Shown here piece after piece: positions 40,251 through 52,799 of a stretch of 64,000 nt of DNA. The position numbers were made by a program, and so were the translations under genes. How positions within the stretch are numbered: position 1 is the stretch's first letter; each line of letters begins with the position of its first letter. Source of the DNA: Octopus vulgaris (lineage: Eukaryota); contig OX597825.1 of the NCBI GenBank assembly GCA_951406725.2, positions 68,448,001 to 68,512,000 of the forward strand. The letters run 5' to 3'. The notes beneath the pieces were generated by a model. That model saw only the letters and a program-made list of their open reading frames with translations, searched no databases and was not told where the DNA came from.

Positions 40251-40300
40251 TTGTCAGTGAACAGGTCACGGTCTTAAAGCGACGAAAATATTTTGACCAA
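40251..40300 (+). ncRNA. Candidate G3-C8 variant hammerhead
   Basis: GTCA-GTGAACA-G-GTC..GAC-GAAAATATT-T|TGAC; core shows compensatory C3G8 to G3C8 swap; palindromic AATATT. Confidence 0.5.
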
Positions 40301-40439
40301 TTAAACTTAAATGTTGAAGTGAATCGAACGGCTTTTGTGTGTTTCTTAACTGGCTTACAAACACCTTCCACGCTGCAATTGTTTTCGTTTCAGCACACGA
40401 TCTAAGATCAAATCACTTGCTATGCAAGTACATCTCTGT

Positions 40440-42800
40440 AATGCAATTCTTTGGACTAACAATGTTTGTGGCTGAAGAGAGCTTTAAACCATCTTTTATA
40501 TCAATAATACACTGATGTAATTAACGGATTGATCATAAAGCTTGAAACACGTGTACCACGATATCCTTTGTGTTCTGTTTTTAATTTTATTTGATATATA
40601 TATGGACTCCTGGAGGCTAAAACAGCCAATCAAACCCCTGACATCACCCCTACATTACAAAATCTAATCAAATCTATAGAGACAACAATACCTCCAAAGC
40701 AGGAACATACTATAGACTGTTACTCAGTTAAAAACACCTGGATTAAAAATCTCAAAGCACGCAAATTTGCTTCCTGGAACTTCATAAAAAATAATAACAA
40801 AGCAGACATTTATGAAATGTGGCTCAACTCCACCCCAATCATCCTACCCAAAAAATTGCAAATGAAGCCCATCCGAAATGAACCAGAAAATCAACAAAAA
40901 CTCAGGGAGAAACTAGCTTTCGAAAAATTCAAAACAGAGAAATAGAACTATTGCAGCTCAGAGCCAATGCTAGTGAAGAAAAATTCAAGACCCTTGACAA
41001 TGAAATGCAGATTGAAATCTCAAAACACTGTGAAGGAGCACTCTTTGATAAAACCACCAAACACTGGAGAATAAACTGCGAGGATGAAGAAATTAAAATA
41101 ACTCCAACGAATAGAAAATAACAGCTGGTTCGCCAATTATGAAACAGAGTTCAAAAACGAACACCGTACAAGCAACCCATATTTTTAAAAATTAACTTCA
41201 ACTCACATCCCTCACCAAAAGCAAAGAAAACAAATCACAAAACATGCACCACCCCTAACTTTGACAAAAACAATAACAGGACTACAACCCCATCAAAAGA
41301 ACCCAGACACCCACCAACACAAGACAAAACTTTACCAGACAATGTAGACCCCAGCCCACACAAGAATTGCTCCAGAATCAGAGATCCTACCCACCACATA
41401 GGAATCTACCTCTGAACTATGATTGTAGATCCCAACCCAAACCATTCCAAACTCGGAGTTCCCTCCCAACATATAAGAATTCACCTCTAGACCATGAATG
41501 TGGTTTCCAACCCACTCTAAGGAACCAACATTACACTCAGTACGAACAACCCAGACCCTGAAATAACCAAAACTCTTCCAGTAGGTCACTCCAACAACCC
41601 AGACTCTGGAACAACCAAAACCCCTTTAGCAGACAACATATCAATGGGGGAAAGAACAACGCACACCAAAATACCGCAGATAGAAGAACCCCCAGGAATA
41701 ATTTTTTAAGCAAGGGCATCAGTTTCCATGACACTAGATGGTAGATACCAACCCCGAAAAACCAAAAATAGTGAATCTCTCAAATCTAAACCTATCAACA
41801 CAACAAATCGAAATCCTTTCAAAAGGACTAAAATTCACCCCAACTCCGCAATACCCTAACCTGAGAAAAATACAGGATGACATCTCACACTTTTGCAGGA
41901 AATTACGCCTCACAGAGGAATTTTTTGACAAAGAAACTAATAACGACGAATCAATGGTTCATGACAAAAGCAGCTATAATCCCATAAAAGGCAGAAACAA
42001 AACCTTAGACAAATTTTGCGACTACATCTCAAACTTCTCTTATAGTGAACTCCCACAACCTAAACCCAACACCAGTAAAAGGGAATGGGAAATCACCCGT
42101 ATGCTACGAGACAATCATGACGTCACAATAAAGGAAGCAGATAAGGGTAGTACGGTCGTTGTTATGAATACTGAGCAATATAAAAACTCTGTATCTCACC
42201 TTTTAGAGGATACCACACACTATGAAAGAGTAGTTGACTACCAGCAATCCAAAACAATGACCAAATTGAAGGCAGTCATTTACCAACACTGGAATGACTT
42301 AACAGCAAAGGAATGCGACTACATAAACTTTAACTGCAAAACCAGCACGCTCTATGGGCTTCCAAAAATACACAAGGGTGAAATTATTACAGAAGCTTGC
42401 AAAAAGTCCACTTCAACCTGCATCGCTATACCACATCCCACTGATCTCAAACTGAGACCAATAGTGGCAGGCCCCAAACTGTGAAACACACAGACATAGC
42501 AACTTTATCGATATCATCCTGAAACCAATACTGAAACACATTCCAAGTATTGTAAGAGATGACCTGGACCTATTAAATCATCTCCCCAAACATTCCGATA
42601 AGGACACTTTAATCGTCTCCTTTGATGTAATAAACCTTTACACTACGATCCCACATGAATATGGACTGGAAGTCATTAAATTCTGGCTGGATAAATATCC
42701 CAATGAGATCCCGGAAAGAATAAAAAGAGAATTCATCATCAAGGGCCTAAAATTTATTCTCCAAAATAACTTTATGAATTTCAATAATAACACTTACAGA
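40440..42800 (+). mobile_element. Penelope-like element 5' part (hammerhead leader, N-terminus, RT to motif A/B)
   Basis: NLS..LSKGLKFTPTP, IKEADKG, YGLPKIHK, LRPIVAGP, SFDVINLYTTIPH; stops/frameshifts. Confidence 0.92.
40466..40560 (+). ncRNA. Type I hammerhead ribozyme at 5' end of a Penelope-like element
   Basis: GTGG-CTGAAGA-GAGCTTTA..TAAAGCTT-GAAA-CACGTG-TA|CCAC. Confidence 0.85.
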
Positions 42801-42849
42801 CCTGCATCATTCATCATCATTTAACGTCCGTTTTCCGCATCTCAAACCA

Positions 42850-45090
42850 TACTAATGACCATATGGAAGCACAGTTCACTATAGCTAGGACCAAACTTAG
42901 ATTTTAGAACTATACACTAAGAGACAGAGGCCCAACTTGGGATTAAACCTGCATGTGGCCTACGTAAGCTCATTCAGCGCACGAGGAACGGAGAGGTGGT
43001 ATGCCTTCCCACAGATAAGTCCGGCAGGATGTCAAGAGACAGCTTACCGAACTACATCCAGGCAATGCAACCTCATATCGCCAATACAAAAATAACAACT
43101 TTACAGGCACATGAGGAGAGAGAAAAGGTCCTCAACGCCCATATGATGATGTGGACAATTGTTCTGGGACCCCAGAAACGTACAGCAAAGAATTTCCAAG
43201 CCTGGAACAATGATATCCCGGCACTGTATGGACTTTGCAAGGACCATAAAGTAATTACTGACCCTATAGCAGGACCACCAACAAGACCAGTCTGTGGAGC
43301 GAATATCGCTAGCAATTACAGGATCTACTTCCTCTCAATGATCATACGCCCTATAATCCGGATGTCACCTGATCTCCTCAGCAGGATCAATGACTGTAAC
43401 AACACTTGCGACCTGACAAGATGTATGGTGGGTAGCATGGATGTGGTATCCCTATACCCATCGATCAACGTAGATTTTGCGGTGGAGAAGTGCGTGGAGA
43501 TGATCAACAAGAGCGAGGTGGAGTTCCGCAATGTCAACACAGAGGAACTGGGCCTCCTACTTAGACTGATATGTAATAATGAATACTTAGATAAACATAA
43601 TCTTAGTAGTTTCTGCCCCAGTAGACGTTTAAGAGGTAGACCACCCACAATTACTTCTATGGCTAGGAAGACCCATATAGAGAGATGGAGCAGATGGACC
43701 AGAGCCATACGGACCCCCTCAAATGTCCATCAGGTAAAGAAAATGATCGCACATGCATTAGGAGCTAGCATAAGAGTTACCCTAAAAGGCCACACGTTTA
43801 AGTTTAACAATAAAATATATGCCCAGGACGAGGGGACAGCCATCAACGTTAGTATCGCCGGTAACGTGGTCAACCTTTTCATAGTATGGTGGACAGAAGG
43901 TTTAAGGAACGCCTAACACAGAACTCCATACTCGTGAACATGTACTCTTGCTATGTTAATGATATCAACATAGTGGTAAAGGCACCCCCCACAAGAGAGT
44001 AATGTTGATATAGAAACTAATACTATGGAGAGCATTCAGCAAATAGCTAACTCCATCCACCAGAGTATTAAGATCACGATAGACTACCCTACTAAACACC
44101 CTAACCATAACTACCAGTACTAGACACAGAACTCTGGCTAGAAACTGAGAATAATAACACCCAAATCCTTCATTCATACTATGTCAAACCTATGGCCTCC
44201 AAATACTTGATCCACCGGAACTCAGACATCACGGACAATGCCAAATTCAATATTTTGATGGCAGACCTCGTCAGAATAATGCAAAATGTGTCCCACATGT
44301 GCGAGCCTACAGAGTTAAAGTGACACATACAACATTTCGTTCACCGCATGCAGGTTACAGCCATAAAGAAAGGATCAGAGTATACAAAGGAGCCATGAAG
44401 AAATTTGATACTATCTTATGTAATGATAGGAATGGGATTCAACGCCCACTCTATAGGAGCAGTCATGGAACACTATTGAAGGGATAAAGAAGAAAATAGG
44501 GAAGGCCAAATCTTGGTATGATAGCCACAAATACCAGAGTGTCATGTTCGTCAACGCGACCCCTAGAGGTGAACTGGTGTACCGCTTTAGAAGGGCCCTA
44601 GACAAATTTAAGCTAAGGATTAAGGTCATAGAAAGGCCAGGCAACCCTATCAAATCCATAATTGGTAGAACCTCCCCTTTTAGTAGAACCCCCTGAACGG
44701 ATAGGAACTGTACTGTGTGTAGATTTAGCCCACAAACGGCTAAGCCAGAAATGTAGTCTATAGTATAAGATGTATAGAGGGACAATGCAGTAACAAGACG
44801 ACATATGTAGGAGAAATGGCATGGAGCATAGGAGAGTGGGTAAATGAACATTGGAGAGAACTTAAGGAAGGAAAGAGCTCATCAGTTCTGTACCAACACG
44901 CCAAGCAGGAACACGGGGGTTCAATCAACAACATAGAAGTAAAAATCTTGTCCACACATAGAACAGATGCAACAATCAGACAAATTACGGAAGCTACACA
45001 CATAATAGAAGATAAACGTAGCCTGAATAGGAAACTGGAATGGAACACTAGCACACACTACATGTACTTTTCATATTTTTTTATATTGTA
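42850..45090 (+). mobile_element. Penelope-like element (second clade), RT + GIY-YIG, disrupted
   Basis: PTDKSG, PTRPVCGA, GSMDVVSLYPSI, YVND, FVNATP, YVGE, 'RQITEA..I...LNRKLEW'; same clade as 38075-39260. Confidence 0.9.
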
Positions 45091-45209
45091 ATGTAATTCT
45101 TTGAACTAAGAACAATGTTTTAGAGAAGTGAAAGTTGGCGGGTGCTTTTCGTCTTCTCCCATCCTTATCATCCTTGCATTATTATCATTCATCCCATTAA
45201 TGTCTGCGT

Positions 45210-47963
45210 CCAGCCCGCAAGCTTCTCTCTGTGTGCTGCCCTTGTGGCAAATTAAATGAAATATAGAAGAACTTCGTGCAAATGCAGAATCACACAGCAT
45301 TGATATAATAGCTGTCCAAGAAAACCGATTCTACCACCCTGACGACATGCTCAAATACCATCAAGTGGTTCTTATCAATTTGTAACCTCTTCAGCATCAA
45401 AGAATACTGTTAATTCAACAGTTGGAGGTATCGGCTTTCTACTTTCATCAAAAGCGAGTGATACTCTCTTGAGTATAGAGTCAATCTTGCCCAGAATTAT
45501 GGTGCTTGAGATAGATGGAAATCCGAAAACAACATTAGTATACATGTATAGCCCACATAATTCGTCTGTGACAGATGAGATTGAGGATTTTTATACAACT
45601 CTTTGTTCAATCATTGAGCAAGTACCTCTCCATAATTTTCTAGTTATAGCTGGTGATCTGAATGCTAAACTAGGACCCGATGAGACCAAGTTTACTTTCA
45701 ACTCTAAAACTAATCGGAATGGGGAAATGCTCAAAGACTTTTTAGAGGAATTTAATCTTTACACCTCCAACAATTATTTTATGAAACCAAAAGGACAACT
45801 TTGGACATTCGAGTAGCTATCTGGTGACAGGGCACAAATTGACTACCTCATTTTTCGACCACAGAATTGTATCAGCTACTGTTAAGCTTAGTTTTCACTT
45901 ATCCAAAAAAGTTAAGCCTCATCCGATGAAACTGATCGACTGGAAAGAATTCTCGTCTAACCCCGATATGTCCAAGCAATTTACTATTGAGGTCTATAAC
46001 AAATTTCAATCTTTGTCTACTTCTGAAATAGATGCTGATAACATTGAAGAAGTTTACAGTAGCCTCATCAAATCAACATAGGAAGTTGCACTGGCTACTC
46101 TTCCCAAAAAGAAGAGATGGGGCCAGAGCAAACCTAATTCTCCAAATGTCATCAAAGCCAGAAACCATCTAAAGTATATATCACTAGCTTACCACCGTTC
46201 TCCATCCTAGACACTGAAGATCCAACTCATAACTGCCAAGAAGAATCTTGATGATGCTTACTTGAACGCTGAGGTTGACTTTATCAACGGCAAAACTAGC
46301 AAACTATCCAAAGAGCATATTAGTAAAAAACACCATCTTGCCTGGAAATCCATCAAAGACCTATCAGGCAAAAATTCTGGGTCATCAATTAGAATCAATA
46401 GGGGGATCAGCTAAGAAGCATTTAGAAAATTGGTCAACTCATTTTAAAAACCTTCTTGGAAAGAATGCCAAAATCCCTGATAACCCCACTCTTCCAAGTG
46501 TGCCTATATCAGATACGCTGGACATCAACACCTCCCCTTTTACCATATTTGAACTAACAGCAGCCACTAAACAACTGAAAGCCTCGAAAGCATTTGGTCC
46601 TGACAACATCCCAGCTATAATTTAGAAGGATGATAGATTTCACGTACTTTCGCTCAATCTTTGCAATCACACACTTTCCACTTTTATAGCTCCAAAGATT
46701 TGGCACCAATCTCAAATCATCCCAATACCCAAAAAAGGCGATTTATCCCTCATCACCAACTACAGGGGTATATCTCTAATGTCAATTGCTGCAAAATTGT
46801 ACAACAAGCTGATTCTAAACCGTCTCGTCCCTTTTGCTGAACCTTTGCTCTGAAAGAACCAAAATGGATTCAGACATGGGCGCTCAATGTTGAGCCAAAT
46901 ACTATGCCTACGCAGACTCATTGAAGAATCAAAATCGCGATCTCGCAATGGTGTTTGTAGACTTTTCTAAAGCGTTCGACTCTGTAGATAGGTACAAGAA
47001 GTTTGAAATCCTTAAGCTCTATGGGATTCCAGACAAAATCATCTCTGCTATCAAGGTCCTCTACACAGATACGTCTTCAACCCTGATAGAGAAACATCAT
47101 CTTTCTTAATCAAAGCCAGACTACTGCAGGGAGACACACTCGCCCCGTTTCTCTTCATCATTGTCGCTGACTATGTGCTATGTATATCAGTTGATACCAT
47201 TTCTGGTAAGGGCTTTGAAATAAAACCTAGAAGAAGTTCCAGACACCCAGCTGAATAATTGACAGACACTTTTATTTAATTTGTTTAATTTGTGTAAAAA
47301 AAAAATTATATACATTTGTGTGAAGAAATTAATTCATTAAGTTTAACAAATTATATACGTCTGTGTAAAAAAAAAAAATAATTAAGTTTCAGAAATTATA
47401 TACGTTCGCGTAAAAATTATATAAGTTTGTGTTACGTTTATGTAAAAAAAAATTATTATTTAAGTTTAAAAAATGATTTACTTTGTTCAAAAGATATTAT
47501 TAATATTAATTAATTTTCAAGAATTATTTAATTTATATAATTAATTCATTAATTTTATTCTGTAAAATAGTAATTAATTCATTTATTTTAATCTGTAAAA
47601 TAGTATTTTATGTTGACTGCAAACAAATATGTATCGCGCACGTGCGATACAAGTATATATCGCGCATGCGCCAGTCGGCTCGTAGGATCAACTACCTACG
47701 TCTGGCTAGCGCGGACACGCGTCTGCGCAAACCAGGTCCAGTCTACACTACTAGTACCCTGAAAACGAGGCAATTTCTACACTTCTCCTCTGGAAGCCAT
47801 CTGCTCGAGATTCCAGAGGGTGCACACTCTCCTACCCTGATGTAATCTCCAGGGATACAGGCATCCAGCAACAGGACCTCCGTAATGTTATGCTGAACCG
47901 TGAAGTCTGGCGTAACATAGTAAATTTCATAGTCTTGACCAGGGTCGAACAATGATGATGATG
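45210..47963 (+). mobile_element. RTE/RTE-X-like LINE (APE + RT), interrupted at ~47270-47755, 3' end with (TGA)n tail
   Basis: IAVQE, YSPH, AGDLNAKLG, QIDY, KAFGPDNIP, NYRGISL, QNGFR, FVDFSKAFDSV, LQGDTLAPFLF, C-term 'LLLWKP..SYPDVISRDTG'. Confidence 0.9.
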
Positions 47964-50523
47964 AAATGATACCGGTATTATTCGACCCAAGTATAACAAT
48001 TGGGAAGTGCGTACTTTAAACTTGTTACGCAAAAAGTATGAAAAACTACACGTGCAAAACAATTTAACAGAAATGAACGAACCGGTACCCTATGAAAATG
48101 ATGACCGTCAAAATAAAGGCCCAGATGTTGTTCCTCATGTCCCACAAATAAAACCAAAAAGGCATAAATGGACATGTGAGGAATATATTTCAATCCTACA
48201 CGCTTACTTTACAGCAGTGTTCTACCCAAAGAACGAAAACACAATAACACATACATATAAAATATGGAAGAAAAATAACCTAAATAAAGACTTGGATACA
48301 GCAATGAACCCTAATAAACTAGCTAACATACGAAGATATATTCTCAACGCAAAAAAAAATATCAGAAATAGAACAGGGGAAAGAAAAGCAAGCAAAGAAT
48401 CACTCTTTTGGTCGGAGCAAACTTAAGCGGCAGTGAGAAGCTACCTCTTCTGGTGATCGGAAATTCCAAGCAACCTAGTGCGTTTAAGAACAAAGATCCC
48501 TGTGAAGTACAAGGCTAATTTGAAGGCGTGGATGACAGCAGAAATTTTTGAAGAAATGTTACAAACGTGGGACGGACAACTCGGGCAGCAAAACCGCAAA
48601 GTGTTGCTATGTCTCGATAACTTCTCTGGTCACCCTTCTGACGTCCACTTGGACAACATCCAAATGCTCTTCTTTCCGCCCAACACAACAGCAAATTCCC
48701 AACCAATGGATCAAGGAATCATACAAAATCTTAAGCACCATTACAAAAAGCTTTTGCTGTCCCACCGTCTCGAAGCCATGGATGAAGGAAACGAGTTTAA
48801 ATTTACATTGCTCGACTCTCTGCACGTCGTTCGGCGTGCATGGGAGCAGGTCAGTGAATTGACGATTAAGAACTGTTTCGCGAAAGCCAAGTTTATTGAA
48901 GAGGAAATACAAATAGAGCCAGAGGATGCTGAGCTGCTCGAGATCTGGAAAGCTTTACCTCTCGAGGAAAAGACACATGAGAACGAAACAATTGAGCTGT
49001 TTGATTTTCTCGTAACTGGAGGATCTTTCACTCTAGAAGAAATAGATACTCATCTACAATCTCATACCAAGTATACTCATCTATAACTCATACCAACTAT
49101 ACTCTAGAAGAAATAGCAAAAGAAGTAATGCATAACGAAGAGCCGGTGGAAAGTGAAGACAATGAGGTAATTGTGGAAGAGGAATACGTTTCGTTTGCAG
49201 ATGCCCAGAGAGCATGGAGCACTATCCGAAAGTTTATGCAGCAGCAGAGCAGCGGAAAACCCAGCGTCATGCAGGCGTGTGATAGGCTAGACAACGAAAT
49301 GAATGAAATCCGCCGAAAGAAGATGCGTCAGCTGACAATTTTTGAGAGCTTTGGGATTAACTAAAAGCAATCTGAGAATAAACTTGGATGTCTTCTTTTT
49401 ACCATTGCATTGAACTTCTTATTGGCCTTACTTCCCACCCTATGAATTTTTATTCGTATGTTCAGTAAATTTTTGGTTATGTAGTGTTTAGATAACAGAC
49501 CCTCGGTACTATGCCACTTTGGCTCAGTCCCGCAGGGTGGCATAGTAGCGAAAGTTGACTGTACTATAAAAATGAAAATAATTAAAGAACTGAAAACCAC
49601 AGGTCTCAGAATGGACCACCGGCCATACCTCCCAAGAATCAAAATAGACGAAACAACAACACCAATTATAAACAGCATAAACCTAGCCGTCACGGAACTG
49701 TCGATTCTTAATGAAATCAGCAAACAATCAACACTACTGAGCAACAAAAATACTCCGCAAATATAACATCACAGAAAAAGATTTGCCGGAGATAAAAGAA
49801 AAGCTGAAGCAAGATATCCTTGCCAAAGCTCAAAGGATCCGCCGGTACGAGAAACGCCAACGCTTCTTTGAACAAAACGAAAAGTTCAACTCCAACCCCC
49901 AAAAGTTCTACCAAGAACTGGGCAAAAATAAAATAGAAGTCACTGCAGCACCAACGGCAGAAGAATTGGAAGAATTCTGGAGAGAAATATGGTCGGCGAA
50001 CGAACAGCCAAAAAAAAAAAGGAGTATTAAAATAACAAACTTAGCATCTGGGCAACTCTGGACCCCTATAACAACTGAAGAGGTCACCCAGGCATTGCAA
50101 AGACTAAGTAACTTGGCACGACAAGATCTCCAACTTCTGGTTAAAATATCTGACAGGAATACACAAAAAGCTGGTTGAAAACTTTAACAACATACTAGCA
50201 GAGCCAGAGACAATGCCTGAATGGCTCATGAAAGGGAAAACTATCTTAATTCCCAAATCCAATGAAATGACAAAACCACAAAACTACAGACCTATAACCT
50301 GTCTCCCTACAATGTACAAAGCCTTTACTGCAATAATATCGCAAAGATTGAGCAAGCATCTGGAATAAAACAACCCGTTTCCAGAAGAGCAGAAGGGATT
50401 CTGCAAGGGCTCATATGGCTGTAAAGATCAAATAATGATCAATAAAGCCATAACTGAAGACAGCCGCAGAAAGAAGAAAGGCCTCAGTATGGCCTGGATC
50501 GACTACCAAAAGGCTTTTGATAG
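47964..50523 (+). mobile_element. Dong/R4-like non-LTR retrotransposon fragment, split by the pogo insertion
   Basis: RHKWTCEE N-terminus; 'AKAQRIRRY..QNEKF..KFYQEL', PEWLMKGKTILIPK, NYRPITCLPTMYK, EQKG..GCKDQ, AWIDYQKAFDS. Confidence 0.85.
48380..49561 (+). mobile_element. pogo/Tigger DDE transposase 3' part with right TIR
   Basis: [36 protein letters not shown]; ends ...GTTGACTG|TA. Confidence 0.92.
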
Positions 50524-51519
50524 TGATATGGGGTCAGTTGAGAAACAGAGTGCTATGACCCACTTTTGTGAGTTGGCATCAAGCAGACGGGTAAATCTTT
50601 TGTTCTGTTAGTTTCTGGAAAGTTTTATGTATTAGGAAGTGACATTTTGGCCCCTACGGTCAGGGAAAGTTTAAGGAAAAAATAAATCTGCTACCCTTTA
50701 AAATGCGGGAGCTGTGGGTTTGTTGGGTCAGTTCGGCCAGAGACAGTGAATTGGTAACAGGGCAGTTTAGGAGTTCTGCCTGAGACAGCAAAGGGGCTGG
50801 AGGAGGCAGTCAGTTGGCAAAAGACAGCAGCCAAGAAGGTGGCGATGGCGAGAGGATGACAGGCGTGGTGAGGAAGACAGACAGATAAGCATTGGGAACA
50901 TGTAGAGCGAAAGAGAGGGATTACAGCGGATAGAAGGCATGGCTATTGTAGTAGGAGTTGTAACTAGAAAATGTAACGGTATGTGTTGTTTATGTTTTGA
51001 TGTGAATTGTGTTAAAAAGAGTTGTTAAGGAAAAGAGAATTGATGTGAAAAAAAAGAGAAAGAAGGAAAGAGGAAAAAGAAAGAACTGTGTTGAAAAGAA
51101 AAAGAAAGAGAGAGACTAATGTAGAACATTGAACTGATTTGAACTATTGTCTCCGGGCTGTGCTATATCATGAACATTCTGTTTTGATTCGACATGAACC
51201 GTTTAAATGCTTTGATTTTGTTGTTTTCTTGCATGTTATTTTCTTTAATGTATCTTTGATATGTATCACATTGTATTTGATGTTGTAATAGTTATAAACT
51301 GTTCTTAAATGTAGCCAATTGCCTTCCGCCGTGTCTCTGTTTTTCTTCCTGCTGTTGCTGTTATCTCCGGTCTCCGGTTCGTGTTCGCTGCCATTCCCCC
51401 ACCGAATCCTCTCTTTCCGTGGCGAATTCCCCGTTCGACTGGGCCAGTCAATCGTCGTCACTCAACTTGGTAGGGTCCCGGGTTCCGAAGTTCAAGCAAC
51501 GGCAGGTGGTTTCGTAACA
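50524..51519. mobile_element. Probable solo LTR (~1 kb)
   Basis: TGATATG...CGTAACA termini (TG..CA, imperfect inverted ends), non-coding; TSD only approximate (ATAG/ATAT). Confidence 0.5.
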
Positions 51520-51559
51520 ATATATATATCCTTGGCATCGGTTGAGGACTATCCCGCAA

Positions 51560-52000
51560 AAGAATTCAATATCGACACTTATTGCGTCGATTATTCTATG
51601 AAAAACATACCAATACCATCAAGGGAAACTTTTGGAGAATAATACAGGCCTGATGAAGCGCATGAGATGGAAAGCTTTCTTTTACAACACGGAAGTGGAC
51701 ACCATAGAAAATATATTCTATGGTATAAAATCTAAGAAATTCCCTCCAAAGAGCAATGGCTTGGAAGACTTCGAAGCAGACCTACTGAAGCTTATGAACA
51801 AAATAAAATTCCGTAAGTCTTTTAACACTTTCAAACAGAAACTGAAAAAATATATGTTACATAAAAAGCTCAAAAAAAAAAAAAAAAAAAAAAAAAAGCA
51901 CTTTTTCCCAACAAAACCAAGAACTTGTACCTGGTAGAAAACAGCATATATTCACAACCCCTACACGATAGCATCATCAATAATTACACCAAGGCTAGGC
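51560..52000 (+). mobile_element. Penelope-like N-terminal fragment (third clade)
   Basis: YSMKNIPIP, KRMRWKAFF, FEADL..IKFRK. Confidence 0.8.
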
Positions 52001-52331
52001 CACAGATTCTTCCCCTATTCCGTGGATTGATGATTGAGTTGATAGAGTCCGCAATTCGGTCTGCTTAACCAAATTAGATTTGAGAAAAGGCTATTATCAA
52101 GTTTCTTTAACCGAGCATACTAAATCTCTCATGTGTGTGTATGTATGTGTGTATGTATGTGTGTATGTGTGTATGTATGTGTGTATTCGTGTGTGTATGT
52201 ATGTATATGTGTGTATGTATGTGTATGTGTGTATGTATGTTTGTTTGTGTGTGTGTATGTGTGTATGTATGTGTGTGTATGTGTGTATGTGTGTATGTAT
52301 GTATGTGTATGTATGTATGTATGTATGTGTG

Positions 52332-52377
<46 letters not shown>

Positions 52378-52799
52378 AATGTAGCTATGTATGTATTATG
52401 TGTGTGTACGTATGTATGTGTATGAATGTATACGTGTGGGGGGGTTGGAGTTGTGTAGGCGTAAGGTACATGTGCGTGTGTGCGTTTACGTGCGTGTACC
52501 TGTACGTCTCAGCTAGGTGTTTATAGGAGTGTGCGTATCTGTATGAGTATTGTCCCTGGTCTGTGTGCACGGGCATGTGTGTGTGTGTGCGCGTGGGGGT
52601 GTGTATAGGTGTGGAAGTATGTGTGCGTACATGTGCATGTACGTTGTGTGTGTGTGGTGTGTTGGGAGTAGGTGTGTTCGTGGGTACGTGAGTGTGTGTG
52701 TGTGTGTGTGTGTGTGACTGCATAAGGACAATTATAAAAATTAAAAAATATAAAATAATTAATAAACAAAAAATAAAAGATGCTAGTGGGGGGAAGTGG

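Noticed and set aside
47270-47755. AT-rich insert ending in a GC hairpin and CTAG as a Helitron
   Set aside because: No recognisable 5' TC terminus; class could not be determined
48478-49364. Domesticated TIGD/CENP-B gene
   Set aside because: Frameshifted, lacks the N-terminal HTH, retains a TIR
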